A stretch of 64,000 bases of DNA, taken from NCBI RefSeq assembly GCF_000949455.1, contig NZ_JXXK01000003.1, positions 70,831 through 134,830 of the forward strand, written 5' to 3'. This DNA comes from Ruthenibacterium lactatiformans. GTDB taxonomy: Bacteria; Bacillota; Clostridia; Oscillospirales; Ruminococcaceae. How positions within the stretch are numbered: the stretch's first letter is position 1; the number at the start of each line of letters is the position of its first letter. Both the position numbers and the translations under genes were made by a program. Below, in pieces: positions 1 to 8,437 of this stretch. The notes beneath the pieces were generated by a model. It saw only the letters and a list, made by a program, of their open reading frames with translations. It was not told the origin of the DNA and made no database searches.

Positions 1-84
1 AATACCGCAGCAAAATGGGGGAGCTTGGCTCCCCCATTTTATAAGTAAGCAAAAGAAAAAGGAAAGGAAGGGACCGCAGCCGCT

Positions 85-936
85 ATGGAAAAGACGCTCA
101 AAAAATATTTCCCGCTGTTTGTGCTGCCGACGCTGGCCGCGTTCATCATCGGGTTCATCGTCCCCTTTGCAGAGGGCATCTATCTCTCCTTCTGCAAATT
201 CACCACGGTGGGCAACGCCTCTTGGGTGGGCGTTTCCAATTATGTCAAAGCGTTTTCGGACGCCACGTTCCGCAGCGCGTTCTGGTTCACACTGGGCTTC
301 ACAGCCGTGTCCACCATTCTCATCAACGTGCTGGCCTTTGCCATCGCGCTGCTGCTCACGCGGGGCATCAAGGGCACCAATGTATTCCGCACCGTGTTCT
401 TTATGCCGAATCTCATCGGCGGCATCGTGCTGGGCTACATCTGGCAGATCCTCATCAACTGCGTGCTGTCGCTGGTCAAACAGCCGCTGCTGCAGCTCAA
501 CACGGCGGCCGGCTACTGGGGGCTCATCATCCTGATGTGCTGGCAGCAGGTGGGTTATATGATGATCATTTATATCGCCGGGCTTCAGAACGTGCCCGGG
601 GACCTTATCGAGGCTGCGCAGATCGACGGCGCGAACCCCTGGCAGGCGCTGGTGCGCATCAAGCTGCCGATGGTCATGTCCTCCGTCACCATATGCCTGT
701 TCCTGTCGCTGACGAACTCATTCAAGCTGTTCGACCAGAACCTTTCGCTGACAGGCGGCGAACCCAATCACGCCTCCGAGATGCTGGCCCTGAACATCTA
801 TAACACGTTCTATACCCGCTCCGGCCCGCAGTGGAAGGGCATCGGCCAGGCAAAGGCCGTCATTTTCTTCGTGCTCGTGGTAGCCATAGCCCTTGTTCAG
901 CTCAGGGCAACACGTTCCAGGGAGGTGCAGCAGTAA
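85..936 (+). CDS. carbohydrate ABC transporter permease (MalF/UgpA-like, CUT1 family)
   Basis: 283 aa, 6 TM segments, EAA-loop-like motif; RBS AAGGAAGGGA 8 nt upstream of ATG; stop overlaps next permease start. Confidence 0.8.
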   Translation: MEKTLKKYFPLFVLPTLAAFIIGFIVPFAEGIYLSFCKFTTVGNASWVGVSNYVKAFSDATFRSAFWFTLGFTAVSTILINVLAFAIALLLTRGIKGTNVFRTVFFMPNLIGGIVLGYIWQILINCVLSLVKQPLLQLNTAAGYWGLIILMCWQQVGYMMIIYIAGLQNVPGDLIEAAQIDGANPWQALVRIKLPMVMSSVTICLFLSLTNSFKLFDQNLSLTGGEPNHASEMLALNIYNTFYTRSGPQWKGIGQAKAVIFFVLVVAIALVQLRATRSREVQQ

Positions 937-1778
937 TGGTCAAGGCAAAAAAAGGCTTCAATCTGTTCTGGACGGTGCTGCTCTCCGTAGCATCTGTCCT
1001 GTATGTGTACCCAATCCTCATGATACTGCTGAACTCCTTTAAAAAGGAGACCTCCATCAGTACTTCTACGGCGTTCCTGCCGCCCACGGCAGATACCTTT
1101 GCCGGCGCGGCAAACTACGTCAACGCCATTTCTTCCAAGGGCTTTTTACAGAGTTTCTGGTACAGCACGCTCATCACCGTCACCAGCGTGGCACTCATCC
1201 TGCTGTGCTGTTCCATGTGCGCGTGGTACATCACCCGCGTCAATTCTCTGATGAGCAAGGCCATGTACTATCTGTGTGTGTTCAGCATGGTGGTGCCGTT
1301 CCAGATGGTGATGTTTACACTTTCCCAGACGGCGGACAGTCTGGGCCTGAACAAGCCCTCCAACATTGCCATCATCTACCTGGGCTTCGGCGCGGGGCTG
1401 GCGGTGTTCATGTTCTGCGGTTTTGTCAAAAGCATCCCGCTGGAGATCGAAGAGGCTGCCATGATCGACGGCTGCAACCCCATCCAGACGTATTTCCGCA
1501 TCGTATTTCCCATTTTCAAGCCCACCATGATCTCCGTCGCCATTCTGGAGGCCATGTGGGTGTGGAACGACTATCTGCTGCCCACGCTGGTGCTGGACAT
1601 CAAAAAATACCGCACCATCCCCATGCTCATCCAGTACTTCCGCGGCAGCTACGGCCGCGTGGAGATGGGCCCCATGATGGCCTGCATCATGCTCACGGTG
1701 CTGCCCATCATCATTCTGTACCTGGCGTGCCAGAAGTATATCATTGAGGGCGTCGTGGCCGGGGCGGTGAAAGGCTGA
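936..1778 (+). CDS. carbohydrate ABC transporter permease (MalG/UgpE-like)
   Basis: ATG at 936 overlaps TAA of upstream permease (TAATG); in frame with ORF 831..1778; polytopic membrane protein with permease signature; stop overlaps malQ start (TGATG). Confidence 0.8.
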   Translation: MVKAKKGFNLFWTVLLSVASVLYVYPILMILLNSFKKETSISTSTAFLPPTADTFAGAANYVNAISSKGFLQSFWYSTLITVTSVALILLCCSMCAWYITRVNSLMSKAMYYLCVFSMVVPFQMVMFTLSQTADSLGLNKPSNIAIIYLGFGAGLAVFMFCGFVKSIPLEIEEAAMIDGCNPIQTYFRIVFPIFKPTMISVAILEAMWVWNDYLLPTLVLDIKKYRTIPMLIQYFRGSYGRVEMGPMMACIMLTVLPIIILYLACQKYIIEGVVAGAVKG

Positions 1779-3253
1779 TGCGCACCAGCGGCATCCTGAT
1801 GCCTGTCTCCTCTCTGCCCTCGCCCTACGGCATCGGCAGCCTGGGGGCGGAAGCCTACCGTTTTGTGGATTTTCTGGCGGCGGCCGGGCAGCGGTACTGG
1901 CAGATCCTGCCCATCGGGCCCACGGGCTACGGCGACAGCCCGTACCAGAGCTTTTCGGCCTTTGCGGCCAACCCCTATTTCATCGACCTCGACGCGCTGG
2001 AGCAGCGCGGCCTGCTGACGCACGACGAGATCGCACGCTTTGATTTCGGCCCTGAAGCGCCCGAAGGCATCGACTACGGCGCCCTGTTCCGCACGCGCTT
2101 TGCCGTGCTGGAGCTGGCCGTGCGCCGCTTTGATGCCGGGGAGGACGCATTCCGCGATTTCTGCGCCGCCAACGCGTTCTGGCTGGACGATTACGCGCTG
2201 TTCATGGCTTTGAAGGCGGAAAACGGCATGCGCGCCTTTTCGCTGTGGCCCAAAGACGTACGCGCGCGCAGACCCGCGGCGCTGGCCGCAGCACGGGCGC
2301 GTCTGGCAGGGCAGGTCCGCTTCTGGCAGGTGGTGCAATACCTGTTTTACGAGCAGTGGGCCGCTCTGAAGGCCTACGCCAACGCAAAGGGCGTGGAGTT
2401 CATCGGTGACATTCCTATCTACGTTTCGCCGGATTCCTCCGACCTCTGGGCCGACCCTTCGCTGTTCCAGGTAGACGCGGACGGCGCGCTGACGGAGGTG
2501 GCGGGCTGCCCGCCGGACGCTTTCGCGGCGGACGGGCAGCTTTGGGGCAACCCGCTGTACAACTGGGATGTACACTTAAAGACCGGGTGCGCCTGGTGGA
2601 TACGACGGCTGCGCCATGCAAGCGCCGTGTACGATGTGGTCCGTATCGACCACTTTCGCGGCTTTGAAAGCTATTACGCCATTCCCGCCCGGGACAAAAC
2701 CGCAGTGAACGGCGTGTGGCGCAAGGGGCCCGGCACGGCGTTCATCGACGTCATACGCCGAAAGCTGCCGGACGTGCGCATCATTGCCGAGGATCTGGGC
2801 TATCTGACGGACGATGTAAAGGCACTGCTGCGCGCCAGCGGCTTTCCCGGTATGAAGGTGCTGCAGTTCGCCTTCGATTCCCGGGAGGAAAGCGACTATC
2901 TGCCCCACAACTACACACAGAATTCTGTTGTGTACACAGGCACCCACGACAACACCACCACGGCGGACTGGGAGCTTTCGGCTCCGGCCGGGGACGTGGC
3001 GTTCGCCAGGCGTTATCTGGATGTGGACGGCGGCGCCGATTTCACGCGGCGTTTTATCCGCGCAGCGCTGGCAAGCGTTTCGGTCACCGCCGTTATTCCC
3101 ATGCCGGACTGGCTGGGCCTTGGCGCCGAGGCGCGCATCAACACGCCCTCCACGCTGGGCGGCAACTGGCTGTGGCGCATGGACCCCGCCGCGCTGACGG
3201 ACGCTTTGGCGGCCGATATTCTGGCTTTGACGAAGCTGTACGGCCGCTGCTGA
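1778..3253 (+). CDS. malQ: 4-alpha-glucanotransferase (amylomaltase, GH77)
   Basis: N-terminal MRTSGILMPVSSLPSPYGIGSLG... and downstream GH77 catalytic motifs; 491 aa typical length. Confidence 0.85.
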   Translation: MRTSGILMPVSSLPSPYGIGSLGAEAYRFVDFLAAAGQRYWQILPIGPTGYGDSPYQSFSAFAANPYFIDLDALEQRGLLTHDEIARFDFGPEAPEGIDYGALFRTRFAVLELAVRRFDAGEDAFRDFCAANAFWLDDYALFMALKAENGMRAFSLWPKDVRARRPAALAAARARLAGQVRFWQVVQYLFYEQWAALKAYANAKGVEFIGDIPIYVSPDSSDLWADPSLFQVDADGALTEVAGCPPDAFAADGQLWGNPLYNWDVHLKTGCAWWIRRLRHASAVYDVVRIDHFRGFESYYAIPARDKTAVNGVWRKGPGTAFIDVIRRKLPDVRIIAEDLGYLTDDVKALLRASGFPGMKVLQFAFDSREESDYLPHNYTQNSVVYTGTHDNTTTADWELSAPAGDVAFARRYLDVDGGADFTRRFIRAALASVSVTAVIPMPDWLGLGAEARINTPSTLGGNWLWRMDPAALTDALAADILALTKLYGRC

Positions 3254-3284
3254 TCCGCACCTTCCCCTTTTCCTTTTTCTTAAA

Positions 3285-3350
3285 ACGAAAGCGCGTCCCG
3301 CACGGCTGAACAGCCGGCTGGGCGCGCTTTCGCTTTGTGTTTTTCTTTTT
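3285..3350 (+). terminator. compound GC-rich hairpin followed by T-rich tract downstream of malQ
   Basis: AAAGCGCG...CAGCCGGCTG...CGCGCTTT then tgtgtttttcttttt. Confidence 0.5.
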
Positions 3351-3423
3351 CCGAATGCCTGTATACTTTTCCCTGTATTAACAGATAATAGTATCATGCA
3401 TCAGAAATTGGGAGGCAGCAATT

Positions 3424-3948
3424 ATGAAAGCAACCGGCATCGTGCGCCGTATCGACGACCTTGGGCGTGTGGTCATCCCCAAGGAAATACGCCGAACCCA
3501 GCTCATCCGCGTGGGCGACCCGCTGGAGATCTTCGTCTCCGGCGCGGGCGAGGTGATCTTCAAGAAATACAGCCCCATCGGGGAACTTTCGGCCTTTGCC
3601 GCAAGCTATGCGGAGGTGCTCTACAAAGCGGCGGGCGCGTCCGTCGCCATTGCGGACCGGGACCGCGTGGTGGCTGCGGCCGGAGCAGCGCGGGACGCCG
3701 TTGAAAGATCTCTCGCTCCCGTTTATACCCGCGCGGTAGAGCAGCGCCGTCTGTTCACGGCGGCGGACGCCGCCAGCGCCCTGCCCCTGTGCGAGGGCGT
3801 GGACACAAGCGCCACAGCCCTGATGCCCATTTTGTGCAACGGAGACCTCATCGGCAGCGTGGCGCTGACGGGCAGCATGCCCGACGAAGCCATGGTGCTG
3901 CTGGTAAAGGTAGCCGCCGCATTTCTGGGCAAGCAGATGGAAGAATAG
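3424..3948 (+). CDS. spoVT: stage V sporulation protein T (AbrB-type DNA-binding domain + GAF domain)
   Basis: MKATGIVRRIDDLGRVVIPKEIRRT...GDPLEIF...KKYSPIGEL is nearly identical to the B. subtilis SpoVT N-terminus; 174 aa; RBS GGGAGG. Confidence 0.85.
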   Translation: MKATGIVRRIDDLGRVVIPKEIRRTQLIRVGDPLEIFVSGAGEVIFKKYSPIGELSAFAASYAEVLYKAAGASVAIADRDRVVAAAGAARDAVERSLAPVYTRAVEQRRLFTAADAASALPLCEGVDTSATALMPILCNGDLIGSVALTGSMPDEAMVLLVKVAAAFLGKQMEE

Positions 3949-4019
3949 CGGACGTCCTATGCAGCCCCTGTAAGCTTCTTTCCGCCGCCTTCGTGTTTTG
4001 CGTTTTTTCACAGCGATCG

Positions 4020-5402
4020 TCAATTGAAAACTTGGACAAACGTATTTTCGCTCAGCTGCTCCGGCAGCAGGGCCGGCACATAGGCGTAGGTCACGCTCTT
4101 GTAGCCTTCCGGGTCTCCGTCGTCAAAAAAAGGCGCTTCGCCGTCCGGGCTGTCGATCAAAAAGCAGTAAACGGGCTGGATGGTATCCATCAGGCGGCTC
4201 CGGTAATAGGTGATCTCCCAATGCAGGATATTCACCGCACCGCCGTCGTAACCGCCCTGCGTGCCGCCGATCCAGGCCTCACCGGCCATCAGCGCGCCCT
4301 TTGCGTCGTCCAGCGTGCGCAGGGCATAGGTGCCCAGCACCTGTGGTTCCAGCGGGAACGTCACAGCGGTCAGGTCCCCTTCCGGCGCGGAAAGCTGGAT
4401 GCGCCGGAAGCTGTAATTGTACAGCTTTTGCGCCAGCGTGTCCGAAGCGCTCCCCGCTTCATAAAACGCACTGATGGCCGTACTGTACTCTTTGTAGATA
4501 TTATAATCGCCCGTGGATTCAAACGCAGGATTTTCCAGCGTCACAAACTTCGCGCCGAAATGATCGTAGAAATAGCGGTACAGCGCTTCGCCAGACAGCC
4601 CTTTCGGCGCAGCCAATAAGTTATCCCCCTGTTCATACCGGTAAAAACGTACCTCCTGCCCGTTTAGGGAATAGCTTACGCCGTCCGCCTTGCCGCTGGC
4701 ATAGGGGCTGTAATACGCCGTGTCCAGCGGGCCGGAGGTATCGTATGAAAACGCCTCCAGCGTGCCGCCCAGTTTGGCCGCCGTGTCCTCCAGCGCCGCG
4801 CGCATCTCTGCTTCTCCGTCCGGCACCGCATACACAGGCAGCTCTGTGGGCAGTTCCCCGGCAGGCAGGTCATAGGTGGGGTTCGCGCCCGCCAGGTCCG
4901 CATCCGTCCGGACGGTAATATCTCCCATGCCCATACCGCCGCCTTCCGCGGCGAACAGCAGCCTGCCCTCCTTGCGCGCGCCGGCCTGCGCGTCCTCCGT
5001 TGTCTCCGGCGCTGCCGCCGCAGAGCTTGCCGTGCCCGCTGTGTCCTGCGCTGCGGCGACGCGGGGCGCCTGTTCCGTCTCCTGGCCCTCGTCCGCCGCG
5101 CCCCCGGCGCTCTGCAGGCTGTACTGCGCGGGGGCGGCGCTGCCCGCCGGGCGCATCGCCACGCCCCAGAACCAGGCCGCCGGCACCGCCAGCAGCGCCA
5201 CCGCCGCCGCGACGGGCAGTGCCGCGCGGCGCAGGCGCGGATGTTTTTTGCCCGAAACGCGCAGTGCCGGCCGCCCGGCCGCGCCCGGCGCTTCCTGCTC
5301 CGCCTCGGCGGCGCGCATTTTGGCCAGCGTGTCGGTCATCCATTCCTCGCTGGGGGCCAGCTTGCCGAACGCGGAGATATAATCGTCTTTATACATCGTC
5401 AA
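4020..5402 (-). CDS. putative anti-sigma factor (single TM, large extracytoplasmic domain)
   Basis: start overlaps stop of ECF sigma gene; cytoplasmic N-terminus, one TM helix (AALPVAAAVALLAVPAAWFWGV), Ala/Gly-rich linker, ~300 aa C-terminal domain. Confidence 0.5.
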   Translation of the reverse strand: MTMYKDDYISAFGKLAPSEEWMTDTLAKMRAAEAEQEAPGAAGRPALRVSGKKHPRLRRAALPVAAAVALLAVPAAWFWGVAMRPAGSAAPAQYSLQSAGGAADEGQETEQAPRVAAAQDTAGTASSAAAAPETTEDAQAGARKEGRLLFAAEGGGMGMGDITVRTDADLAGANPTYDLPAGELPTELPVYAVPDGEAEMRAALEDTAAKLGGTLEAFSYDTSGPLDTAYYSPYASGKADGVSYSLNGQEVRFYRYEQGDNLLAAPKGLSGEALYRYFYDHFGAKFVTLENPAFESTGDYNIYKEYSTAISAFYEAGSASDTLAQKLYNYSFRRIQLSAPEGDLTAVTFPLEPQVLGTYALRTLDDAKGALMAGEAWIGGTQGGYDGGAVNILHWEITYYRSRLMDTIQPVYCFLIDSPDGEAPFFDDGDPEGYKSVTYAYVPALLPEQLSENTFVQVFN

Positions 5403-5880
5403 ACTCCCCCTTCAAAGCAGTTTTCAATAATTTGCGCGCCCGCGCAAGCTGCGAGAGCACCGTGTTCTGCGGCATTTCCAGAATGGCCGCGATCTCACCG
5501 GTGGCATAACCCTCAATATAATATAAGTAGATGACCTGCCTGTATTTTTTCGGCAGGCGGTTCACCGCCTCCACTACGGCGGTCTCGTCGGGGGTGAAGG
5601 GCGTGTCCGGGAAATCATCCTCCAGGCCGGTCGTTTTGCGCTGCCAGGCACTGCGAAAAAAGCTCTTGCAGCGGTTGATGGTCACCCGCAGCAGCCAGGC
5701 CTTTTCATGCTCGGCGCTCTCAAACGCAGGTTTTGCCTTTACATAGCTGATGAACACCTCCTGGGCGATGTCCTCCGCGTCCTCTTTGTTTTTCACCATG
5801 GCATACGCCGCGGCAAATACCGTGGCGGCGTAGCGCTCCAAAACTTCCTCGGCGCCGGCGCATACGGCAGCGTCGCTCAT
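5389..5880 (-). CDS. RNA polymerase ECF-type sigma-70 factor
   Basis: 164 aa with sigma-70 region 2 (ERYAATVFAAAYAMV...DIAQEVFI) and region 4 (YRQVIYLYYIEGYATGEIAAILEMPQNTVLSQLARARKLL); start ATG at 5878-5880 with RBS GGAAGGGG; the ORF track N-terminal extension lacks an RBS. Confidence 0.75.
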   Translation of the reverse strand: MSDAAVCAGAEEVLERYAATVFAAAYAMVKNKEDAEDIAQEVFISYVKAKPAFESAEHEKAWLLRVTINRCKSFFRSAWQRKTTGLEDDFPDTPFTPDETAVVEAVNRLPKKYRQVIYLYYIEGYATGEIAAILEMPQNTVLSQLARARKLLKTALKGEFDDV

Positions 5881-6047
5881 ACCCCTTCCCCCTTTCACCA
5901 AAGGATCCTCACATTTTTCATACGAATGAGCCGCGCGGATTATTGCACGGCTCTTTCGGTTCATTGTAACACAAAAGCATTCGAACGCAAAGAAGCGGCG
6001 GAGCCCCAACGCGCCCCGCCGCTTTATTCAAAACCCCTCCGGAATGC

Positions 6048-6617
6048 TCAGCTCTTTGAAAATGTGAAGCTCGCGGGCAGCTTTGCCGCGCGGGACACCG
6101 GCTGCCAGATCAGCAGCGCCAGGTAATAGTCCACCATGCTGTGCACCACTGTGCCCACGCCCACAAGACCCAGCACCGTGGAGACGAACGTCCCCTCCAT
6201 CGTCATGCCCGAAAACCAAAACGCCGTCACCACAACGGCTTCCAGAACGCCATGGATCACGCCCATCACCAGCCCGAACAGGAAAATACTCAGGCCGTTT
6301 TTCATCACAGCGGGTTTTTTCGCCAGCAGGAACGCGCCTATGGCCACAAACACCACCTGGCTGAGCGCCCGCAGCACCACCACGGGCGGAAAGCCCGCCA
6401 GCAGGAAGCCCAGTGTCGCGCCCAGCTCCACCGTGAGCGCCACCGCAGGCGAGATGAACATGGCAATGAAAATCGCCACATGGCTGCCCAGCGTGAAACT
6501 CATGGGCCCCAGCTGTATCTTTACAGGCGAGATCATCGGGATCAATATGGCGATGGCGCACAGCAGCGCGGCCACGCACATTCTCTGAATGCGTACAGTA
6601 TTTTTGGCTGCGGACAT
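6048..6617 (-). CDS. small polytopic membrane protein; candidate ECF-type S-component-like / NiaX-like niacin transporter
   Basis: 189 aa, 5-6 TM helices; start ATG at 6615-6617 preceded by GGAGGAAC; located two genes from the NiaR repressor; assignment by context only. Confidence 0.4.
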   Translation of the reverse strand: MSAAKNTVRIQRMCVAALLCAIAILIPMISPVKIQLGPMSFTLGSHVAIFIAMFISPAVALTVELGATLGFLLAGFPPVVVLRALSQVVFVAIGAFLLAKKPAVMKNGLSIFLFGLVMGVIHGVLEAVVVTAFWFSGMTMEGTFVSTVLGLVGVGTVVHSMVDYYLALLIWQPVSRAAKLPASFTFSKS

Positions 6618-6690
6618 AAACAGGTTCCTCCCCAACATCCACTGTGCAGACACCATGCACGACACGTGTCTTGACACATATTTTTTCTAT

Positions 6691-6719
6691 ACTATACGCG
6701 CTTGGGGCCCCTGCGTCAA
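6691..6719 (-). promoter_or_regulatory. sigma-A-like promoter for the 6048..6617 gene (-35 TTGACG, 17-bp spacer, -10 TATAGT)
   Basis: reverse complement reads TTGACG-N17-TATAGT; TSS ~65 nt upstream of the start codon; the downstream inverted repeat GTGTC-TT-GACAC (6665-6676) lies between TSS and RBS. Confidence 0.35.
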
Positions 6720-6816
6720 CCGCAGGCAGCAAATTCCCCTTTTTCCACCAAAAATAATGCCGCCGGAAACACTGTGTTTGGGCAACACGCCTTGCCGTTC
6801 CTGCGGCGGGGCGGCC

Positions 6817-7653
6817 CTATACGCCGCCCTGCGTCTGCGCGGCACACCGCGCGTGCGCGTCTAACCACCGGGCGACGCCGTCCTCGTCGTTTGCGCCGAT
6901 GACGCCCGTGGCTACGGCCTTCAGCACATCTGCGGCGTTCGCCACAGCATATGCCTCGTCGGCGGCCTCAAACAGGTCCACATCATTTTCTCCGTCCCCG
7001 AACACGACCAGCCGCCCGCATCCGAGGCTGCTTTTCAGCCACAGGGCCGCACTGGCCTTGGAGGCCGCTTTCGGCATGATCTCCAGCCACTGCTCCCGGG
7101 TGTACAGATCCACCTGGAACACACAATGATATTGCTCCCGGTATTTTTCATAAAGAGGCAGCAGCTTTTCCCTCTCGTCAATACAGGTGAAGTAAAAAAT
7201 ATCCCCCGCACGCAGTGTGCGCCGCGTTGCGACGGGGTTCGCCCTTCTGTCGTTTTTCCGCGTCTCAAGGAACGCCCGCATTCCCCGCGTACACCGGGCA
7301 GGCAGATAGGAAAACATCTCTCTGCCCCCGGCCACCGCATAGACGATGGGGAACACGCCGCACGCCTCCAGTTCGTCCAGGATCTCCGCCGCTTCCCCGC
7401 CGAAAAAATTCATCTGTAAAAACGAGCCGTCCCGGTGGTCCGCCACTGCTGCGCCGTTGTAAACGATCAGCGGTATTTCAGCTTCCAGCCCGGCCGTCAC
7501 CTTCCGCGCCGTCTGGAACGACCGCGCCGTGGCATAGGAAAACAGCATGCCTTCCCCCACCAGCCGGTTGACCGTCCGGTTGGTATACCCGGATGTCCTT
7601 TCGTCGCTGCGCAGCAGGGTACCGTCCAGATCGGATACATACAAAGTCCTCAT
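6817..7653 (-). CDS. Cof-type HAD-IIB family hydrolase
   Basis: MRTLYVSDLDGTLL (motif I DxDGT), ...VVFGDGENDVDLF (motif IV), 278 aa. Confidence 0.75.
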   Translation of the reverse strand: MRTLYVSDLDGTLLRSDERTSGYTNRTVNRLVGEGMLFSYATARSFQTARKVTAGLEAEIPLIVYNGAAVADHRDGSFLQMNFFGGEAAEILDELEACGVFPIVYAVAGGREMFSYLPARCTRGMRAFLETRKNDRRANPVATRRTLRAGDIFYFTCIDEREKLLPLYEKYREQYHCVFQVDLYTREQWLEIMPKAASKASAALWLKSSLGCGRLVVFGDGENDVDLFEAADEAYAVANAADVLKAVATGVIGANDEDGVARWLDAHARCAAQTQGGV

Positions 7654-7729
7654 CGCGTCCTCCCGTCCGAGGGCTCCCGCAAAACCGCAGGCGCGCCGGG
7701 CATCCTACCGCCCGGCGCAGCAAGCCTCG

Positions 7730-8254
7730 TCATTTTTCCAGGCCCATCAGATATCCCTTCTCCTCCAGTGCGGCCAGCACCCGCGCTTTGCGCGCCTCGT
7801 CCGGGCACACGAGCGTGTGCAGATGGATGTCTCCCGTCAGGCTGCACAGGGGCTGCGCGCCGTTTTTCTGCAGGGCATCCCAAAAAACGTCCGCATCATA
7901 ACGGCTGAATACCTGCAGCTGGCCCGAAAGCTGGCCGTACACCGGGTGCTCCACGGTCACATCCAGCACGCCGCACCCGCAGTCCGCCACGGTATACAGC
8001 TCGTCCAGCAGGCCGTCCAGGCCGTGGCGGCATGCCACGGTGCAGCGCACGCCGCCGCCCTCCTGTCCGCCGCCCAGCACATAGCCGCGCGGCGTAGCTA
8101 CAATGGGCGAGCCCGCCGCCCGCAGCAGCGCCACATCCCCCACCACGACCTGCCGGCTCACGCCAAGGCGCGCCGCCAGCGCGGCCGCGCTCACCGGGCC
8201 GGACGCCCCGGCCAATGCCTGCAATATCTCATCTCTGCGCCGGGCCGCCGTCAT
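7730..8254 (-). CDS. niaR: niacin-responsive transcriptional repressor NiaR/NadR (HTH + 3H domain)
   Basis: 174 aa; N-terminal HTH (RRRDEILQALAGASGPVSAAALAARLGVSRQVV) and C-terminal 3H-type domain with conserved His (HLHTL); start ATG at 8252-8254; the ORF track N-terminal extension was rejected. Confidence 0.7.
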   Translation of the reverse strand: MTAARRRDEILQALAGASGPVSAAALAARLGVSRQVVVGDVALLRAAGSPIVATPRGYVLGGGQEGGGVRCTVACRHGLDGLLDELYTVADCGCGVLDVTVEHPVYGQLSGQLQVFSRYDADVFWDALQKNGAQPLCSLTGDIHLHTLVCPDEARKARVLAALEEKGYLMGLEK

Positions 8255-8380
8255 GGGCCGCGCCTCCCTCCGTGCTTCTCCGCAAGGCGGCACACGCCGC
8301 CGTTTGAGGCCAGTATAGCATGTTTCCGGCAAAAAAACAAAACGAAAATGCCGGTATTCACAGCACGTTTACAAACGCGC

Positions 8381-8410
8381 TTGAATTTTGTCATATTCCG
8401 GCGTTACAAT
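8381..8410 (+). promoter_or_regulatory. candidate ftsH promoter (-35 TTGAAT, 18-bp spacer, -10 TACAAT)
   Basis: TTGAATtttgtcatattccggcgtTACAAT ~28 nt upstream of the ftsH RBS GAGGAG. Confidence 0.4.
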
Positions 8411-8437
8411 AGAAGATACAGTGAGGAGTTGAAGCAT

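Noticed and set aside
6618-6816. Possible riboswitch (for example TPP/THF) upstream of the small transporter gene, and a plus-strand TTGACA...TATACG promoter-like match at 6671-6698
   Set aside because: The predicted 5' UTR is only ~65 nt; the plus-strand match has no downstream plus-strand gene and coincides with the inverted-repeat operator candidate.
7547-8437. 5' extension of the ftsH ORF (starting 7547) and N-terminal extensions of niaR, ECF sigma, aminopeptidase, SPFH and other genes in the ORF track
   Set aside because: Extensions run through intergenic or antisense sequence, lack RBS, and the internal ATG/GTG/TTG with proper Shine-Dalgarno spacing matches family N-termini.
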